53,942 nt of DNA, from the NCBI GenBank assembly GCA_002269645.1, contig NIVC01001858.1, positions 1 to 53,942 on the forward strand, read 5' to 3'. Origin of the DNA: Macrostomum lignano (taxonomy: Eukaryota). The notes under the pieces are model-generated. The model was not told where the DNA came from, did not search any database, and saw only the letters and a program-made list of their open reading frames with translations. Of the stretch, positions 48,179 through 53,942 are shown in pieces. Within the stretch, counting starts at the first letter, position 1; every line of letters begins with the position of its first letter. A program made the position numbers and the translations under genes.

Positions 48179-49869
48179 TTAAAACAAAAGGATTAGGTTT
48201 ATTGGATTTGATTGCAGCTGCAATAAATACATAGTTTGCACTCATTAGGCTGACATGAAAAAGTAATTCTATGATATAAATTAATGTAATAATATGGTAC
48301 AAAAGAAGTAAAGTAAAGTCCTCAAATATAACTGGAGTCAGATATGATGCTAATTACAGGATAGGATGACTTTAGTTTGTGTTTTACCTACTTGTCTATA
48401 AGTTAGCTTGTTATTTTTAATCATGTTCAACTTTTACACTTTTGTCAAATTGCTTTTTGAATATTCTAAAAGCTTACTGTTAGAATTCAAATAGAATTAA
48501 AAGTGAACTTGTTTTAAAAGTGTGTTTATTTTACTGCATTTTCCCTGAACATTTTTGGTACTTAAATTATGGTTCTTAAGTTCTCTTATTATAGTTATCA
48601 TTTCATGGCTCTGTTTCACACCCCTTATTGCAGTTCTCCTAGCTCTTGAATAGTCATACTGCTACAATACCAGTATATCAGTTTTATTAATGCATGTCTA
48701 CTGGCCCTCTTGGTTTACATATCATTTTATGTGTTCTTTTATCAAATATATTATATAATTTCCTATTATATTCTGCTATAGCAGTTAAAAAAGTGTTTGT
48801 CAAACAAAAACCATTAAACAAAAACAGTTTATATCAATCTGCAATAGTGATCCTATGAAAAAGGTGACACAAATATAAACTAAAATAATTGTCAGTTGGG
48901 TGCAGTTTGACACAATAAGATGCCATTATTCTTGTCTTGTCATAGAACAGACAAAATGTCTTATGGTATAATCTTAGTCCAAGTCATCAAGAATAGATGT
49001 AGTGGTATTACAGTGGTCTTACCATGGCGCAAAATTCATGAAAGAAGTGTGAATCTGCAAATATTAAGGCCAGGCACAAATTTCAGCCTTGTGAACTTTT
49101 GTGCCATTGTTTTCCTCAAATTTGTGTTGGAAGCAGTACCTTCTTCATCTTACGCTTGTACATCTCGTTTTTGTTTCATGTATTTAAGAAAGTCTAATTT
49201 ATGAAAGTCTCAGCAGAAGCAAAGCATTTTGAATATTCTTATTTATTGTTGAATAAGAACAAGAAGACTCAGAAAGAAATAGGGAGAAGGGAGAGGACAA
49301 TAGGAAGAGAAGTGAGATACACTGTAAAAATAAAGTGGCCAAAGAGTAGACAGAGTGGCCAAAAAATGACGTGGCTGTAAAGTGGCCAAAAGTGGCAACC
49401 AGTTTTTCTATAAAGAGACATATTTAATGTAATCTGTATATCACTGCATTCCACTTTTCAGATAAGGATGCTGCCTTCTGGCCTTTTATCATATGGATTC
49501 AAAGTTACAACTTAATGCTAAGGGAGATTTTGGAATCAACATAATGCATAAATAATATATGCCTCAAAAGTTTATTTATGAAAATGTACTAAGCAAACAA
49601 ACATTTGCCTTTGCTTTGTTTTAGTCTGCATTATTTAAATGAAAAAAATAGCATTTTCATTTTGTGACTTGTCTGAGGTGATAAGCCATCTTGATCATTC
49701 TCTACATGACATTATTGTTCTGAAATTGCTGGCACTCAGCTAATAATTGATTCAGAAATTTACCTTCAATCAAACCAAGTGCAAATTATCTACCATATTT
49801 TCATTTTTTACTCCAATTAAGACATTTTTGTGATTAAAAACATGCTTTCTCCTCTTAAAGATGTTCAGC

Positions 49870-51000
49870 TTGGACTTTTGTTTTTATATTGTTGTAAATG
49901 CAACTTTAAGGACAATGACTAGACAATTGTTTTTTATCACTACAAGTACTTTTGTGCCAACAAGTTTGTCAAGAATAGAAGCTTTAAGTTGTCAAAAAGT
50001 CAAAATTACTTGTTATTTGGCATTTGCAATGAAGCCATTTTTTAGACTTTTTAAAAAGGCAACTTCTTGCAACTTTACCACATTGCCAATGCTTGATCCA
50101 TTGCTTCCTCTTGATCAGGGTAGTTCTTCTGGTTCTAATTCAAGTTCTAGTGTCAGAGATCATGCTCATCATAGTCGTACTATTCGATAGCAGCCTACTA
50201 ATACTATAAGTGCCTATGATTGTTTAGCTATAGCCAATGTTTTAATGGAAAACAGAAGAGATGGTACTTCAACTGACTTAAAGGGGCAGCTTAAGAATGA
50301 TATAGCACATAAGATAATTCTCTTTTTGATTAACTCTTGCAATTTTCATAGCTTACCTCATAGTATTGCAAAGGGCCTAACTAGTGAGCTTTATGATATT
50401 CTATCAACTTTTTTATACTCATTTACTTCTCTTGTTGAACAAGTTTTGAAGGAGCATAATATTGATAATGAGCAAATGCAGGACATTATGCGTAGTATAA
50501 ATTTGAATAGTTTTTTTGATGCTTACCATGATATTATTGTTATTGATAGGCAGCTCTTGTAATACCTCAAGCAAAACTTTAGGTATGTAGAGCCTATTGA
50601 AATTCCTACTTTTCCAAAGTCATCAGCAATGTATTATGTTCCAATTTCTAATACTCTTACTACACTCTTGCAAGACCCAAATTTTTATCAGATTATTCTA
50701 GGCACAAAGATTGAAGAGAAAGGATCATTTTTTTTATTTATTTCTATATTTCAAAGACTATATTGCTCCATTGTTAGTCTCTGAGCAATATAGTAAAGCA
50801 ATTTATCTGTCACTTTATACTGATGAATTTGAAGTTATGTAACCTAATTGGAAAGGCAAAAACTAAACATAAGCTATTAGCAATTTATTATAAGATTCTT
50901 AATGTACCTCTAGAAATGCAATCTAAGCAAAACTTTACTTTTCTAGCCTGTTTAGTACAATGGAAAACTTTGAGCGCCTACAACTACTTGGCCCTGAACT
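49870..51000 (+). mobile_element. Decayed CMC/EnSpm(CACTA)-like transposase remnant
   Basis: Across broken frames: YVEPIEIP..YYVPISNTL..LL, then LYTDEFEVCNLIGKAKTKHKLLAIYYKILNVP..FLACL. This resembles the conserved DEFEV.NP.G..K.HK block of animal EnSpm-like transposases (from memory). Confidence 0.65.
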
Positions 51001-52329
51001 TGAAGCATGAAAAAGTGATTGAGAATGCGATTGAGGTGCTAGAGATTATTTATAGCTTTCAGAAGCCAAACAAAGGCTTAAACAGTTCAGACAGAATGGT
51101 GACTAAAATTCTTTTAAAGACTGAATAAGCAATTTTGTCTTTTATTTAGCAAGCCGAACTTATTTATGCTGAGTCACTTTAGTGGACTCTATTTGTCTGA
51201 AGCAATTTTTCCCAATTCTTTGGGCTTGAGCCTCTGTATGCAGTGGGGGGAATAAGGCCCGAATTTGGGCCAGGCCCAAATGCCTGGGTGCCCCAAATTT
51301 CTTTGTACCTAATGGCCCGGATTTTTCCTTTGCTAAGTCTTATTCTTTATTGACTAATCTTTCACAGATGCCTTTGATGCCTTGGCGTGAGGGAGAGAGA
51401 AAGTGGGAGAGGGATTGGAATGACACTTTTTTATTTTTAGTGTTGACATCGACTACTGAAAGCATGTCTCACTCTCTTAGTCTTTTAAATTTCTTTTGTA
51501 TCAGGTTTACTCAATGTTATTACTTTAGTTAAAAGATACGAGAAACAGTACAACAGTTCAACCTTTGTAGACATTGTTTAGTAAGTATTTATGCTACTAG
51601 TTGTTTTGTATTTATAAATGTTGTTTAGGCCCCTAGTTTGAGCCTGCAAAAAATTTCCTAACAAATAAATAATTTGTATCTATGATTTACAAGTCTCTTT
51701 TAAAAATAGTTTGGTTCAAAAACTTTTCTGGGACTCAAAAAAGGCGACCCTACTCCTCATTCCTACCACTGTCTGTATATTCTGAATTGAATGCTACACT
51801 TTCCAATGTTCCAGTTTTTGTATTTAAATTTTATTGTTTGGTGTTCAGTGTTTGCATTCTATACTTCAATGTTTTGTGTATCTTCTATGCTTAAATTGAC
51901 ATATTATAACATACATACATTCTATAACATATTTATTTTATAATATTTAAAATGCATTTTTCTTTTCCATGTGCCAAATCTCTATATAAGACTGCTATGA
52001 ATGCAAAATTTTATTTACAACAATTTGCAGCATGTGTATTTACTTTCATCCAAAGTTTGAATCTAAAGCAAGGCATTGAATAACTTACAATTCAAAATAT
52101 CTTTCTAATTATCTCAAATAAACTTTACTTTTTCAAATAAATTGAATAATAATGGTATTGTAATGTCTAATTAACAAACCAATTTATAAACGATAGGAAA
52201 TGAGACCTTTGTGTTTTGAAAGCTATGCATTTTTCCTTGATTGAATTGAATTGAATATCTTTACTTCATTTAAGTAAAGCCATCCAAGCATAATGTCCCC
52301 AAAAATTCAAGCATCAAAGGCACTCTGGA

Positions 52330-52745
52330 GGACTCTAAGATCGAGTTCTTTCTCTGCTTCCTAATCCTAGCTAAGCTTTTAAAGCTGCTTCAGCAGTTAG
52401 AGCTCCTCTTCTATCAGGAGGGATGTCATATACAGGAGCTATACAATGAGCTCACCAATATCATGAAGCAATGGCTTCTGCGCTTCGTCAAGCAGCAAAG
52501 TCTGCCCGAAGGCCGAAAAGTTTTGGACGGTAGATGAGACAGACATTATAATTCAGCTATCACCCTACCAGCTGCGTATTGGAGAGTCAGCCAGACACCT
52601 TTTCAACAACATGGCAGCTGATGATCAGAAAGTTTGTCTGCAGTCTGTCCAAAATTTTTTGCATAGGTACGTCAAAGCTTCGTGAGTACTTGCCCTTTGG
52701 CAACAAGATTTTGCACGCTGCCAAGCCATGGACCTACAAAAGCAG
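52330..52745 (+). mobile_element. Decayed hAT-like transposase fragment
   Basis: IEFFLCFL..LELLFYQEGCHIQELYNEL..WLLRFVK, then IGESAR..VQNF..KLREYLPFGNKIL across frameshifts. Confidence 0.5.
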
Positions 52746-53137
52746 TTAACGAACGAACATTAACGAACAAATGCCGGGTTGATACAAGAGCAATCTAGGC
52801 AAGGCAAGGCTAATCAGGCTAAATCAGCCAATTTCGGGGAAGAAAAAGAAGTGCCAATGTGTCCAGATTTGAATAGCGCGAATTAGTCATTCGTATATTA
52901 TGTCTTTCCTCGATAGTATTCCATTTTTTAGTGTTGTTAACTGTGCTAAATTTCGCTTTAATTAAAATGCAATAAAACAATTTATATATATGCAGATTAA
53001 AATTTGATTTTCTGCTCATTGCATTTTGATTTTTTTGACTTTTAGGGAGTCATGGCAACTTCCAAGAAACGGTTAGGGGCCTAGGCTTAGTTTTTGTTTT
53101 CGCTTCTACTTGCAAGCAATTAAAAGGCGGGATAAAT

Positions 53138-53924
53138 ATGGCAAAAATTGTTATTGCTGGTAAGTTTTTCTCAGTTGCGAATACTCAGTAATGCCATATA
53201 TATCCAAAAATTGATGTAAATTATGTAAAAATTTAGTGATTCGTATCCTTTTATAAATGTATTCAAAATATTCAATCATACTTTGCTAATACGAGTAATC
53301 ATTGAATTTTCGTCACTAACTGATTTTGCATAAAGGATATTTACGCCGCACATCATCAAACATAAAAACAAAATAATACATTTTAGGCTCATCAGACTGT
53401 CCGTACTATGCCAGAGTAGAACTACTGGCCGATTATTTAGCCAAGAATTTGCCAGCCTTCAAATTGACGAAGATCGTGAAAACTCCAGAGGAATGGCCGG
53501 TGAGAAAATCGTCAAAACTCACAATAGCCATGTCACCTTCTGGACTTCCGAATTCAAACAAAACGAAAAAAGACTATGCGTTTTGTTCGAGTTGAACTTA
53601 CAAGTTTGTCAAGAAAAAAATTGAAAGAAGCGACGCTCAATAAATTTACATAGATTTATAAACTAGGTGGGCGCACCTTGTTGTAAAATACTGTGAATTT
53701 ACACAATTGGCGGGTCCTTCTATAAACTTTGATATAAAATTCTGTTTAAGCCAAAAGAAGTCTGCATTGGCCATTTTATTTCGCCAGGACTGGTCCCGTC
53801 AGTGCTGCGAAGGAGCGCGGCTGGCATCAGTACAAATCCCCTATCGTGTGGCGAGAGCTGGTGAACCAAGGCGGCAAAGGTGTCCTGATTGGGGGCGCCA
53901 ACGAATTCCAGGAATATGCTAAAG
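53138..53924 (+). CDS. MDH1B: Malate dehydrogenase 1B-like, 5' part (gene continues beyond the window)
   Basis: Exons 53138-53159, 53387-53499, 53788-53924: [71 protein letters not shown]. One extra base near 53808 shifts the frame. Confidence 0.85.
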
Positions 53925-53942
53925 GTGAGATTGAAGTACTCA

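Noticed and set aside
53788-53830. MDH1B as a pseudogene
   Set aside because: A single extra base in otherwise conserved exons with good splice sites; more likely a consensus error.

Overview
Eukaryotic (animal-like) genomic DNA with spliceosomal GT-AG introns. GC-rich exons sit in introns and spacers packed with minisatellites, tRNA-derived SINEs, MITEs and decayed transposons. This style resembles a Macrostomum-type flatworm assembly, but that is inference only. Gene models were reconstructed by hand from splice sites. In order: a 5'-nucleotidase-family gene (+, 4 exons, several 1-nt indels that look like long-read errors); a PKA-catalytic-subunit-like probable pseudokinase (-); a secreted PAN-like + C-type-lectin protein (-); a CAP-Gly protein (-); TMED2 (-) head-to-head with DRC10/IQCD (+); an annexin (-); an intronless Rad6/UBE2A-like E2 (+); two tandem intronless orphan paralogs (-); ARL1 (-); and the 5' end of MDH1B (+). 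The main leads are three. (1) A ~305-bp TIR element with a perfect 8-bp TSD that carries a 28S rRNA fragment spanning the R2/I-PpoI target, with the changes concentrated at the cut site; two copies are present. (2) An intact 510-aa PKA-C homolog lacking the G-loop, the beta3 lysine, the alphaC glutamate and the DFG glycine, but keeping the C-terminal FxxF motif. (3) The orphan paralog pair with a GC-rich foldback upstream. All comparisons to reference proteins and rRNA are from memory; no database search was run.
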